DNA of 64,000 bases from Nemertoderma westbladi (Eukaryota > Animalia > Xenacoelomorpha), in contig JAUCBJ010000593.1 of NCBI GenBank assembly GCA_032718475.1, positions 12,640 to 76,639 of the forward strand. Direction: 5' to 3'. The notes beneath the pieces are model-generated. The model was not told where the DNA came from. It saw only the letters and a program-made list of their open reading frames with translations, and searched no databases. The translations under genes were made by a program, and so were the position numbers. Below, in pieces: positions 37,724 through 48,991 of the stretch (positions are counted from its first letter, which is position 1; every line of letters begins with the position of its first letter).

Positions 37724-39517
37724 ATGTCAAATTCTGAGGCCGATGTAAAGGTTTTATACGATCAGTGGATGGAATGGGACCGTAATGACGTCACTAGATC
37801 CAGCATGGCGGCCCTGATGAGAGACGGTAACTCTAAGGAGTTGACTCGGTTGCTAGGCAAACGATTAGTTTTCGGTACGGCCGGACTGCGAGGTCGGATG
37901 GGACCGGGGTTCAGCCAACTCAATGACATCACCATCATACAGACGGCTCAGGGCCTCGCGAACCACGTGGTCAGCTGCCCAGGGGGCGCCGGTAAAGGCG
38001 TTGTCATTGGTTACGACGCACGACACAACAGCCGTCGTTTCGCGGAACTTTCCGCCACAGTTCTAATAAACGCCGGAGTTAAAGTTCACCTAATGAGCGA
38101 GACGGGGCCAACCCCGTTACTCGCCTACTCCGTCACGCGATTGGCTACCCAATGCGGCGTCATGGTAACCGCGTCGCATAACCCCAAGGAAGACAACGGT
38201 TACAAAGTTTACTGGGAGAACGGCGCCCAGATTATTTCTCCTCTCGACTCGGAGATCTCCGACAGTATAGAAGCGAACTTAGTTCCTCTTAAATCCTCCT
38301 GGGAAACTAAAATTCTGGAAAATAACCCGCTGTTATTCGATCCTTATAAGGAGATGTTCGATGGATATTTGTTGGACCTGCGACGGTTGAATAAACACCA
38401 CGAGGCGAACCGATCCAGTCGCGTTCTCTTCGTCTACACGCCGGTCCACGGCGTCGGCTACCAGCTGTTCCTCCGCGCGTTCCTCGAGTTCGGATTCCCC
38501 GCGTCGAACCTCATCGGAGTTCCGGAGCAGTTGCTTCCGGACCCGGAGTTTCCGACCGTCCGGTTCCCGAACCCGGAGGAGGGCGCAGAGACGTTGGATC
38601 TCGCGATCCGGACGGCGGACGCCAACGGATCCTCGGTGATCCTCGCCAACGATCCTGACGCCGACCGCCTCGCCGTCGCCGAAGCCGACCGGAACCGGAA
38701 GTGGCGAGTGTTCACCGGCAACGAGTTGGGAGCGCTCATTGGTTGGTGGTGTCTGCGTTGCTACGCTACCGACAGCCAATCGGAAGCCTCGAATAAGTAC
38801 TTTTTATACTCGACTGTTTCGTCTCGGATTCTCCGGACGATGGCGGAGTCGGAAGGTTTCCGGTCGGAAGAGACTCTGACGGGGTTTAAATGGATGGGGA
38901 ACCGCGCGGTGGCCCTGGGGTTGGAGGGCCGGGAGACGTTGTTCGCGTTCGAGGAGGCCATCGGGTTCATGGTGGGGACCACGGTGGTCGACAAGGACGG
39001 CGTGTCGGCCGGAGTCGTGGTCGCCGAGATGATGAACCGTCTCTACGCGACGGGGACCACGGTCGCCCAGCAACTAGACGCCATCTACCGGCAGTACGGA
39101 GAACACGTCTCCTACAACTCCTACTACTTGTGTTACCAGTCGGAGGTTACCGACCGGATCTTCCGACGTGTCCGGAACTACTCCGGGACCCCGGGCGGCT
39201 ACCCGTCCGAGTTTGCCGGCGTCCGGGTGTCCGATGTCCGGGACCTAACGACCGGCTACGATTCCTCCCAACCCGACGGGAAGGCCGTCCTCCCCGTCTC
39301 CAACTCCTCCCATATGATCACCTTTAGTTTCTCCAACGGGGTCGTTCTAACTCTGCGGACCAGCGGAACCGAACCCAAGATTAAGTTCTACAGCGAGATG
39401 GTTACTAAGGACGTTGCTAGAGAGCTGGTTGTCGGGCAACTCACGGAGTTTGTTGAGTTGGTAGTTAAGGATTTATTGGAACCGCTAAAGAACAATCTTA
39501 TCGCGCAGGTTAAGTAG
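37724..39517 (+). CDS. PGM2: Phosphoglucomutase-2/phosphopentomutase family protein (597 aa, uninterrupted CDS)
   Basis: FGTAGLRG, IGYDARHNS, catalytic VTASHNP, metal loop NDPDADR, LTGFKW, FAFEEAIG, RTSGTEPKIKFY. PGM2 versus PGM2L1 cannot be resolved by eye. Confidence 0.92.
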   Translation: MSNSEADVKVLYDQWMEWDRNDVTRSSMAALMRDGNSKELTRLLGKRLVFGTAGLRGRMGPGFSQLNDITIIQTAQGLANHVVSCPGGAGKGVVIGYDARHNSRRFAELSATVLINAGVKVHLMSETGPTPLLAYSVTRLATQCGVMVTASHNPKEDNGYKVYWENGAQIISPLDSEISDSIEANLVPLKSSWETKILENNPLLFDPYKEMFDGYLLDLRRLNKHHEANRSSRVLFVYTPVHGVGYQLFLRAFLEFGFPASNLIGVPEQLLPDPEFPTVRFPNPEEGAETLDLAIRTADANGSSVILANDPDADRLAVAEADRNRKWRVFTGNELGALIGWWCLRCYATDSQSEASNKYFLYSTVSSRILRTMAESEGFRSEETLTGFKWMGNRAVALGLEGRETLFAFEEAIGFMVGTTVVDKDGVSAGVVVAEMMNRLYATGTTVAQQLDAIYRQYGEHVSYNSYYLCYQSEVTDRIFRRVRNYSGTPGGYPSEFAGVRVSDVRDLTTGYDSSQPDGKAVLPVSNSSHMITFSFSNGVVLTLRTSGTEPKIKFYSEMVTKDVARELVVGQLTEFVELVVKDLLEPLKNNLIAQVK

Positions 39518-39779
39518 AGGCTGCTGGTGCAGCTCGAGGTAAATATAATAAATACCCAGGGATATATAGTAGAAACACATTCACTGAGTTTAATTGGATT
39601 GGATGAGTCCAAAAAGTAATGGGAATCTTTTGGCGAATGTTTTCTTTAAGTAACTAATTTTATGGATACAGACATCGCACTCCGGCACTCCGGGTAAGTT
39701 AATTATGTAAAAAACATTTGGAACAAAAAGAAACAGACAAAATATATTAAACAACTGGATTTTGGGAAAGTATATGTTT

Positions 39780-40565
39780 GATTTGTAATATATCTTTATT
39801 ATCCCATAACGATGGTTTAAAAACGTTTATAAATAAATACAATATGTAAATGCCGCGCAATTTAAATAAAATATAAGATTAGGCTTTAAAATAAATGATA
39901 TGAGGCCAATAAAATATGAGTCCCTGGTATTAGAAACTTTCTGGAGAGCTAATCCAAAGCCTGGAGGTAGAAGGCCAAGCTAATTCCAGAACTTTGAGCC
40001 GGTATTTCGGAGCAGGCCGCTGCTTCACACGCGGGCTGTCCACTCCAGATAAACTACAGATACAGTTAGTAGTTGGTCGCCGGAACTTAGTGTTTCCTCA
40101 CAGTTTATGGTGGTGGCCATTCGAGATAAATTGTGCCCCGGCCCGGCGCCTTTGTTTTCACAAATCTCGTAAGTTTATCTCTGTTGAAGCTTCATCAGGG
40201 TTATCAATAACATCTAGCAATCTGGTTGTAGAATCGTACTTACTTACGCCGTACCAGATTTTATAGAAAAATTCACGGATTTTAATTACGTGTGGTGGAT
40301 GTGGCAGATTGGCGTTGGAGAACACGCTACATCCGTAGGTAGTGGCCGGGAGGCCCACAAGCGACCACAGTTTATGTGCGGGGTCAAAAGAAATGGCCGT
40401 CATCTAAACCTTGGAAGCAATCCTCATGCACGGGGCATTGCCACGGTTGTAGAGATGAGGAGACAGTCTGCCTCCTCGACGGAAATTCATAACCTTGGAT
40501 TCTCTCGGGTTAACTGTAAGGCAGTTCTCTTCACAATATGTCGATAAATCATTTAACGCGTTTTG
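39780..40565 (-). mobile_element. 5'-truncated decayed LINE (RT C-terminal region and 3' end)
   Basis: QQNALNDLSTYCEENCLTVNPRESKVMNFRRGGRL is a typical post-YADD LINE RT segment. Minus-strand AATAAA near 39795. Confidence 0.65.
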
Positions 40566-40705
40566 TTGGATCTGTGACGTATAAACCGATGCATATTTTC
40601 GCTTTGCAATCTTTAGCTGGCGTTGAAGTAGGAAGCCACGGTTTTGAACTGCGCTTAGGTTTGTGAACTGCGGAATCCGTGTGAATGTATCTTGGTGTAA
40701 TGATA

Positions 40706-43700
40706 ATGGTGTACTGATTGAGTTGTACCTGAATAAAGACACTATATTCCAGGACATGGTGTACTGATTGAGTTGTACCTGAATAAAGACACTATATTCC
40801 AGGACATGGTGTACTGATTGAGTTGTACCTGAATAACGACACTATATTCCAGGACATGGTGTACTGATTGAGTTGTACCTGAATAAAGACACTATATTCC
40901 AGGACATGGTGTACTGACTGATTGAGTTGTACCTGAATAAAGACACTATATTCCAGGACATGGTGTACTGATTGAGTTGTACCTGAATAAAGACACTATA
41001 TTCCAGGACATGGTGTACTGATTGAGTTGTACCTGAATAACGACACTATATTCCAGGACATGGTGTACTGATTGAGTTGTACCTGAATAAAGACACTATA
41101 TTCCAGGACATGGTGTACTGACTGATTGAGTTGTACCTGAATAAAGACACTATATTCCAGGACATGGTGTACTGATTGAGTTGTACCTGAATAAAGACAC
41201 TATATTCCAGGACATGGTGTACTGATTGAGTTGTACCTGAATAAAGACATTATATTCCAGGACATGGTGTACTGATTGAGTTGTACCTGAATAAAGACAC
41301 TATATTCCAGGACATGGTGTACTGACTGATTGAGTTGTACCTGAATAAAGACACTATATTCCAGGACATGGTGTACTGATTGAGTTGTACCTGAATAAAG
41401 ACACTATATTCCAGGACATGGTGTACTGATTGAGTTGTACCTGAATAAAGACACTATATTCCAGGACATGGTGTACTGATTGAGTTGTACCTGAATAAAG
41501 ACACTATATTCCAGGACATGGTGTACTGATTGAGTTGTACCTGAATAAAGACACTATATTCCAGGACATGGTGTACTGATTGAGTTGTACCTGAATAAAG
41601 ACACTATATTCCAGGACATGGTGTACTGATTGAGTTGTACCTGAATAAAGACATTATATTCCAGGACATGGTGTACTGATTGAGTTGTACCTGAATAAAG
41701 ACACTATATTCCAGGACATGGTGTACTGATTGAGTTGTACCTGAATAAAGACACTATATTCCAGGACATGGTGTACTGATTGAGTTGTACCTGAATAAAG
41801 ACACTATATTCCAGGACATGGTGTACTGATTGAGTTGTACCTGAATAAAGACACTATATTCCAGGACATGGTGTACTGACTGATTGAGTTGTACCTGAAT
41901 AAAGACACTATATTCCAGGACATGGTGTACTGATTGAGTTGTACCTGAATAAAGACACTATATTCCAGGACATGGTGTACTGACTGATTGAGTTGTACCT
42001 GAATAAAGACACTATATTCCAGGACATGGTGTACTGATTGAGTTGTACCTGAATAAAGACACTATATTCCAGGACATGGTGTACTGATTGAGTTGTACCT
42101 GAATAAAGACACTATATTCCAGGACATGGTGTACTGATTGAGTTGTACCTGAATAAAGACATTATATTCCAGGACATGGTGTACTGATTGAGTTGTACCT
42201 GAATAAAGACACTATATTCCAGGACATGGTGTACTGACTGATTGAGTTGTACCTGAATAAAGACACTATATTCCAGGACATGGTGTACTCACTGATTGAG
42301 TTGTACCTGAATAAAGACACTATATTCCAGGACATGGTGTACTGATTGAGTTGTACCTGAATAAAGACACTATATTCCAGGACATGGTGTACTGACTGAT
42401 TGAGTTGTACCTGAATAAAGACACTATATTCCAGGACATGGTGTACTGATTGAGTTGTACCTGAATAAAGACACTATATTCCAGGACATGGTGTACTGAT
42501 TGAATTGTACCTGAATAAAGACACTATATTCCAGGACATGGTGTACTGATTGAGTTGTACCTGAATAAAGACACTATATTCCAGGACATGGTGTACTGAC
42601 TGATTGAGTTGTACCTGAATAAAGACACTATATTCCAGGACATGGTGTACTGACTGATTGAGTTGTACCTGAATAAAGACACTATATTCCAGGACATGGT
42701 GTACTGATTGAGTTGTACCTGAATAAAGACACTATATTCCAGGACATATGGTGTACTCACTGATTGAGTTGTACCTGAATAAAGACACTATATTCCAGGA
42801 CATGGTGTACTGATTGAGTTGTACCTGAATAAAGACACTATATTCCAGGACATGGTGTACTGACTGATTGAGTTGTACCTGAATAAAGACACTATATTCC
42901 AGGACATGGTGTACTGATTGAGTTGTACCTGAATAAAGACACTATATTCCAGGACATGGTGTACTGATTGAATTGTACCTGAATAAAGACACTATATTCC
43001 AGGACATGGTGTACTGATTGAGTTGTACCTGAATAAAGACACTATATTCCAGGACATGGTGTACTGACTGATTGAGTTGTACCTGAATAAAGACACTATA
43101 TTCCAGGACATGGTGTACTGATTGAGTTGTACCTGAATAAAGACACTATATTCCAGGACATATGGTGTACTCACTGATTGAGTTGTACCTGAATAAAGAC
43201 ACTATATTCCAGGACATGGTGTACTGATTGAGTTGTACCTGAATAAAGACACTATATTCCAGGACATGGTGTACTGACTGATTGAGTTGTACCTGAATAA
43301 AGACACTATATTCCAGGACATGGTGTACTGATTGAATTGTACCTGAATAAAGACACTATATTCCAGGACATGGTGTACTGACTGATTGAGTTGTACCTGA
43401 ATAAAGACACTATATTCCAGGACATGGTGTACTGATTGAGTTGTACCTGAATAAAGACACTATATTCCAGGACATGGTGTACTGATTGAGTTGTACCTGA
43501 ATAAAGACACTATATTCCAGGACATGGTGTACTGATTGAGTTGTACCTGAATAAAGACACTATATTCCAGGACATGGTGTACTGATTGAGTTGTACCTGA
43601 ATAAAGACACTATATTCCAGGACATGGTGTACTGATTGAGTTGTACCTGAATAAAGACACCATATTCCAGGACATGGTGTACTGATTGAGTTGTACCTGA

Positions 43701-44094
43701 ATAAAGACACCATATTCCAGGACATGGTGTACTGATTGAGTTGTACCTGAATAAAGACACTATATTCCAGGACATGGTGTACTGATTGAGTTGTACCTGA
43801 ATAAAGACACTATATTCCAGGACATGGTGTACTGATTGAGTTGTACCTGAATAAAGACACTATATTCCAGGACATGGTGTACTGATTGAGTTGTACCTGA
43901 ATAAAGACACTATATTCCAGGACATGGTGTACTGATTGAGTTGTACCTGAATAAAGACACTATATTCCAGGACATGGTGTACTGATTGAGTTGTACCTGA
44001 ATAAAGACACTATATTCCAGGACATGGTGTACTGATTGAGTTGTACCTGAATAAAGACACTATATTCCAGGACATGGTGTACTGATTGAGTTGT
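40706..44094. repeat. 50-bp tandem array (ATGGTGTACTGATTGAGTTGTACCTGAATAAAGACACTATATTCCAGGAC), ~67 copies, with 54-bp variants
   Basis: Directly visible and highly homogeneous; no unique spacers. Confidence 0.98.
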
Positions 44095-44444
44095 TATTCG
44101 GCTGGTATTGTTTTGGTTGAAGGATAATCTTAATGGTTTGTAGTGAATGTCAATATATTTTATTTATCCATATGAAATGCTGTGTATCTTGGAATGCGAA
44201 TTACTGGTCAAGCATTATAATCGAAATTATGCAACGCATAACTGCCCTCTAATCGTATTAGCCTGAACTATTGTGCGAACGTTTTATATACGAATGTTCA
44301 GTACTTCGGAAGTTTTTTGTTTTCTACCAGTTTCATAATAAAAACTAAATTGATTGTTGGTACGAGTCGTATATGTTTGGTTATTGTGTGTATTTATTTT
44401 TAATTTATTCAGGGAGTGAATGGGAAGTGAACTGTGGTATACAG

Positions 44445-44670
44445 ACCGTTACAGACCATTACTGCCACACCGTTACAGGACCGTTACAGCCACACCGTTA
44501 CAGGACCGTTACAGCCACACCGTTACAGGACCGTTACAGCCACACCGTTACAGGACCGTTACAGCCACACCGTTACAGGACCGTTACAGCCACACCGTTA
44601 CAGGACCGTTACAGCCACACCGTTACAGGACCGTTACAGCCACACCGTTACAGGACCGTTACAGCCACAC
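44445..44670. repeat. 25-bp tandem repeat (CCGTTACAGCCACACCGTTACAGGA), ~9 copies
   Basis: Directly visible; the unit is a dimer of CCGTTACAG cores. Confidence 0.95.
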
Positions 44671-45110
44671 CCTTAATTAATTAATTATAGTAAGGTGTTT
44701 ACTTTGTAAAGTCGCTTTGTGATTCAATTCTACTGTTGTAGGTGATAGCCCTCGAGTCTCATCTACCCTGTTGTACTTCAGTAGATTGTAGAGCTTAAAA
44801 CTCATTCGGTGCTAAATTTACAATCTCGTGTTGGTGACGTTCTGGTCTGTAGTGCCGATGGTTTCCTTTTATTGACAAATTATATCGGAATTTGTAATTT
44901 TTTTCAGTGATTTCTGTGCTTTTTATCACTTTGATTTTAGTCTATTTATTTATTTAAACAAATATTTCTTGTAATATTTACTTGTAAATTATGTTTTGTA
45001 CATTAATATTATATGTTCAGATTAATTTATTTTAAACAATTATAAATAATTTGTTTGTTCAAATAATCTTAATATTTGAATAAGGTTTCCGTTCTGTAGA
45101 TTTACATAAT

Positions 45111-45514
45111 TTGAGTTAACTCACAATCAATTGAGTAAACTCACAATCAATTGAGTTATCTCACAATCAATTGAGTTAACTCACAATCAATTGAGTTAAC
45201 TCACAATCAATTGAGTTAACTAACAATCAATTGAGTTAACTCACAATCAATTGAGTTATCTCACAATCAATTGAGTAAACTCACAATCAATTGAGTTAAC
45301 TCACAATCAATTGAGTTAACTCACAATCAATTGAGTAAACTCACAATCAATTGAGTTAACTCACAATCAATTGAGTTAACTAACAATCAATTGAGTTAAC
45401 TCACAATCAATTGAGTAAACTCACAATCAATTGAGTTAACTCACAATCAATTGAGTTAACTAACAATCAATTGAGTTAACTCACAACCAATTGAGTTAAC
45501 TCACAATCAATTGA
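45111..45514. repeat. 20-bp palindrome-containing tandem repeat (TTGAGTTAACTCACAATCAA), ~20 copies
   Basis: Directly visible; contains palindromes TGAGTTAACTCA and TCAATTGA. Confidence 0.97.
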
Positions 45515-45545
45515 ATTTAATTCCAAATTAACTTGTCCAAATCAT

Positions 45546-46936
45546 TTTATTAACAACTGTTAAATCCTTGTGGTTATTATTAACAACTGTTAAATCCTTG
45601 TGGTTATTATTAACAACTGTTAAGTCCTTGCGGTTATTATTAACAACTGTTAACTCCTTGTGGTTATTATTAACAACTGTTAAATCCTTGTGGTTATTAT
45701 TAACAACTGTTAATTCCTTGTGGTTATTATTAACAACTGATAAATCCTTGTGGTTATTATTAACAACTGTTAAATCCTTGTGGTTATTATTAACAACTGT
45801 TAAATCCTTGTGGTTATTATTAACAACTGTTAAATCCTTGTGGTTATTATTAACAACTGTTAAATCCTTGTGGTTATTATTAACAACTGTTAAATCCTTG
45901 TGGTTATTATTAACAACTGTTAAATCCTTGTGGTTATTATTAACAACTGTTAAATCCTTGTGGTTATTATCAACAACTGTTAAGTCCTTGTGGTTATTAT
46001 TAACAACTGTTAAATCCTTGTGGTTATTATTAACAACTGTTAAATCCTTGTGGTTATTATTAACAACTGTTAAATCCTTGTGGTTATTATCAACAACTGT
46101 TAAGTCCTTGTGGTTATTATTAACAACTGTTAAATCCTTGTGGTTATTATTAACAACTGTTAAATCCTTGTGGTTATTATTAACAACTGTTAAATCCTTG
46201 TGGTTATTATTAACAACTGTTAAATCCTTGTGGTTATTATTAACAACTGTTAAATCCTTGTGGATATTATTAACAACTGTTAAATCCTTGTGGTTATTAT
46301 TAACAACTGTTAAGTCCTTGTGGTTATTATTAACAACTGTTAAATCCTTGTGGTTATTATTAACAACTGTTAAATCCTTGTGGTTATTATTAACAACTGT
46401 TAAATCCTTGTGGTTATTATTAACAACTGTTAAATCCTTGTGGATATTATTAACAACTGTTAAATCCTTGTGGTTATTATTAACAACTGTTAAGTCCTTG
46501 TGGTTATTATTAACAACTGTTAAATCCTTGTGGTTATTATTAACAACTGTTAAATCCTTGTGGTTATTATTAACAACTGTTAAATCCTTGTGGTTATTAT
46601 TAACAACTGTTAAATCCTTGTGGTTATTATTAACAACTGTTAAGTCCTTGCGGTTATTATTAACAACTGTTAACTCCTTGTGGTTATTATTAACAACTGT
46701 TAAATCCTTGTGGTTATTATTAACAACTGTTAAATCCTTGTGGTTATTATCAACAACTGTTAAATCCTTGTGGTTATTATTAACAACTGTTAAATCCTTG
46801 TGGTTATTATTAACAACTGTTAAATCCTTGTGGTTATTATTAACAACTGTTAAATCCTTGTGGTTATTATTAACAACTGTTAAATCCTTGTGGTTATTAT
46901 TAACAACTGTTAAATCCTTGTGGTTATTATTAACAA
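45546..46936. repeat. 30-bp tandem repeat (TTATTATTAACAACTGTTAAATCCTTGTGG), ~46 copies
   Basis: Directly visible; produces the WLLLTTVKSL ORF. Confidence 0.98.
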
Positions 46937-47109
46937 GATTTTATCATTACTTATTTTACTCATTCCTAATATATAGATTTTAATAATTAGTATTGAATAT
47001 GAATATGAATATGAAAATGAATAACGATTATCTTTTATATTATACTGTGGTGTATACTCGGTGGAGTAAAGTAAAAAGTACTATTTTCTTTGGCCGTTAG
47101 GCCAGTGAT

Positions 47110-48535
47110 TACATTACGCACAAAGTCTGACGACTTATTTCCATTGCGGTCCCCCAGAACTTTACTCGGGACCCCTATTTCAGCGAAAAGTCATTCCACG
47201 AAAATCATGTGCTACCTCTGATCTAGTTGGGATTGGCTGGGATGATACTCTGCCTCATAAATTTTACCCCGAATGGGAAAAATGGCTTAGAATGGCTTAG
47301 AATGGATTAGAAATGGCTTAGAATGGCTTAGAAATGACTTAGATACATTGAATATGTTAACTATTCCTAGGAGTTTTCCACCTGTTGGTTTTGGGGATCC
47401 CTGCATCCAAGAGCTGCATGTATTTGCTGGTGATTCTGATGGTGGAATAGGAGGAGTAATATATTGGAGATCTGTTAACATAAGTGGACAAAGTTCTGTA
47501 GGGTTCGTGGAGGGAAGTTCAAAGTTAGCTCCTCATGCTCGCACCTCAGTTCCCAGATTAGAACTCTGCGCAGCTGTGGACATTGCTTCACTTGCTGCTG
47601 AAGTTTATAATGCATTCAAACATAAACCAAGTGAAGTTATATTTTATTCGGATAGCTCTATAGATATGGATAGATATTGGGCTGTTGTGTTTGTCTGTTT
47701 GGTATCTCATGTCATACCCATTGAACTATTACCTTCACTAGATACTGTTGCCTTCGGCGCTTTCTTGCAATTCGTGGGCATTGCCAACATTTTCGAAGTG
47801 ATCAAGGATCCAATTTTATTGGTAGCTACAATCAAGACAATAAGGAATTGTTGAATCTAGCTGAGGTTAATAACTATATCAACTCTAAAGGTATCAATTG
47901 GACGTTCAATCCACCTCATGGCTCCCACTTCGGTGGTCTCTGGTAGAGAAACATTGGGTCTATTCGCAGGATCCTCAATGGCACTCTTCTCCTTCTTGGA
48001 CCTGGAGGGGTTTCTCGTGACGAACTAAATACATATTTGTTGGAAGTATTTGCCTATAATTAATGCAACTCCACTTTGGGAAGTATCAGGAGACCCAAAT
48101 GACCCTCGCCTCTTATCTCCATCCATGTTATTACTGGGAATCAGAATCTTCATCCACCTCCCATTGGCGAATTCACTGAAGACGATATTATTGCATATGG
48201 AAAGCGTAGATATCATCGTGTTCAATGTCATGCTAAACAATTCTGGTCTAGATGGCGAATTTCCAATCTCCAGATAATGCAAGTTCGTTCCAAGTGGTTG
48301 AAAGAAAATGAAAACTTCAAGGTTGGAGATCTTGTGTTGATTCGGGAAAAAGGGGTCCAACGTAATGACTGGCCTTTTGGTCGCGTCATCAGTATTAAAC
48401 TTAGTGCAGATGATCTAGTTCGTTCATGCTCTGTCAGAGTGCCAAAATGTTGCAAAGATGGTGGCACTAATCCAAAGGTCAAACTACATGACTGACTATG
48501 ACCGACTTATCCATGAACTTGTGTTGTTATCCCGC
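47110..48535 (+). mobile_element. Old, fragmented BEL/Pao pol remnant (RNase H, integrase, C-terminal domain)
   Basis: ELHVFAGDS..GGVIY...SKLAP..TSVPRLELCAA (Pao RNase H); WAVVFVCLVS..IELLPSLDT and WTFNPPHGSHFGGLW (integrase); KWLKENENFKVGDLVLIRE..WPFGRVI..DDLVRS (DUF5641-like). Stops, frameshifts and an internal 10-bp repeat (AATGGCTTAG). Confidence 0.88.
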
Positions 48536-48718
48536 CCCCGCCCTGACTGGTGGCAATGACAAAACCTGAATAAAAGTAAATCTTGTTACTGAACAGATAA
48601 TGTTATTGAGAAACAAACAAACTTAAGTTTTTGTCCCATTGGCATCTCGCCTTGTTGGATATATTTTTTTATATTTTTATTGTGCAATTTATTTTTATGC
48701 TTGCTTTGATTTCCATCA

Positions 48719-48812
48719 TACACCCAGAGAAGTGGCAAACCCTCCGGTCCATCTCGCTGTCGAGGTACACCCAGATAAGTGGCAAACCCTCCGGTCCATC
48801 TCGCTGTCGAGG
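48719..48812. repeat. 46-bp direct duplication (CACCCAGAxAAGTGGCAAACCCTCCGGTCCATCTCGCTGTCGAGG)
   Basis: Two adjacent copies. Confidence 0.85.
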
Positions 48813-48991
48813 AGTCACAAAGTGGCGTCGTTGACATAGCTCGGTACACTATCAACTAACAGATTGAAAGGGACATTTCCCAGATAATGTGAGCTGGATT
48901 CAATTTGGAGCTCAGAACCTCTAGGGAAATGTTTCCTTTTCTATTGATATTCAGGTAATAAATCATCGTAATAAACTCTATCTCTGGTGCT

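Noticed and set aside
34463-39517. Bacterial contamination or an operon-like HGT island
   Set aside because: The genes are divergent, embedded among animal TEs and exons, and the PGM reads like eukaryotic PGM2. A phylogeny would be needed to exclude HGT fully.
40706-44094. CRISPR-like array (also considered for the other arrays)
   Set aside because: Units are head-to-tail with no unique spacers, no cas genes, and the context is eukaryotic.
44411-44436. Possible small exon (GSEWEVNCG)
   Set aside because: Weak donor, and the LamG domain is already contiguous without it.
45568-46983. 471-aa WLLLTTVKSL repeat protein
   Set aside because: A 30-bp unit with one stop-free frame by chance; TTG start and no unique domain.
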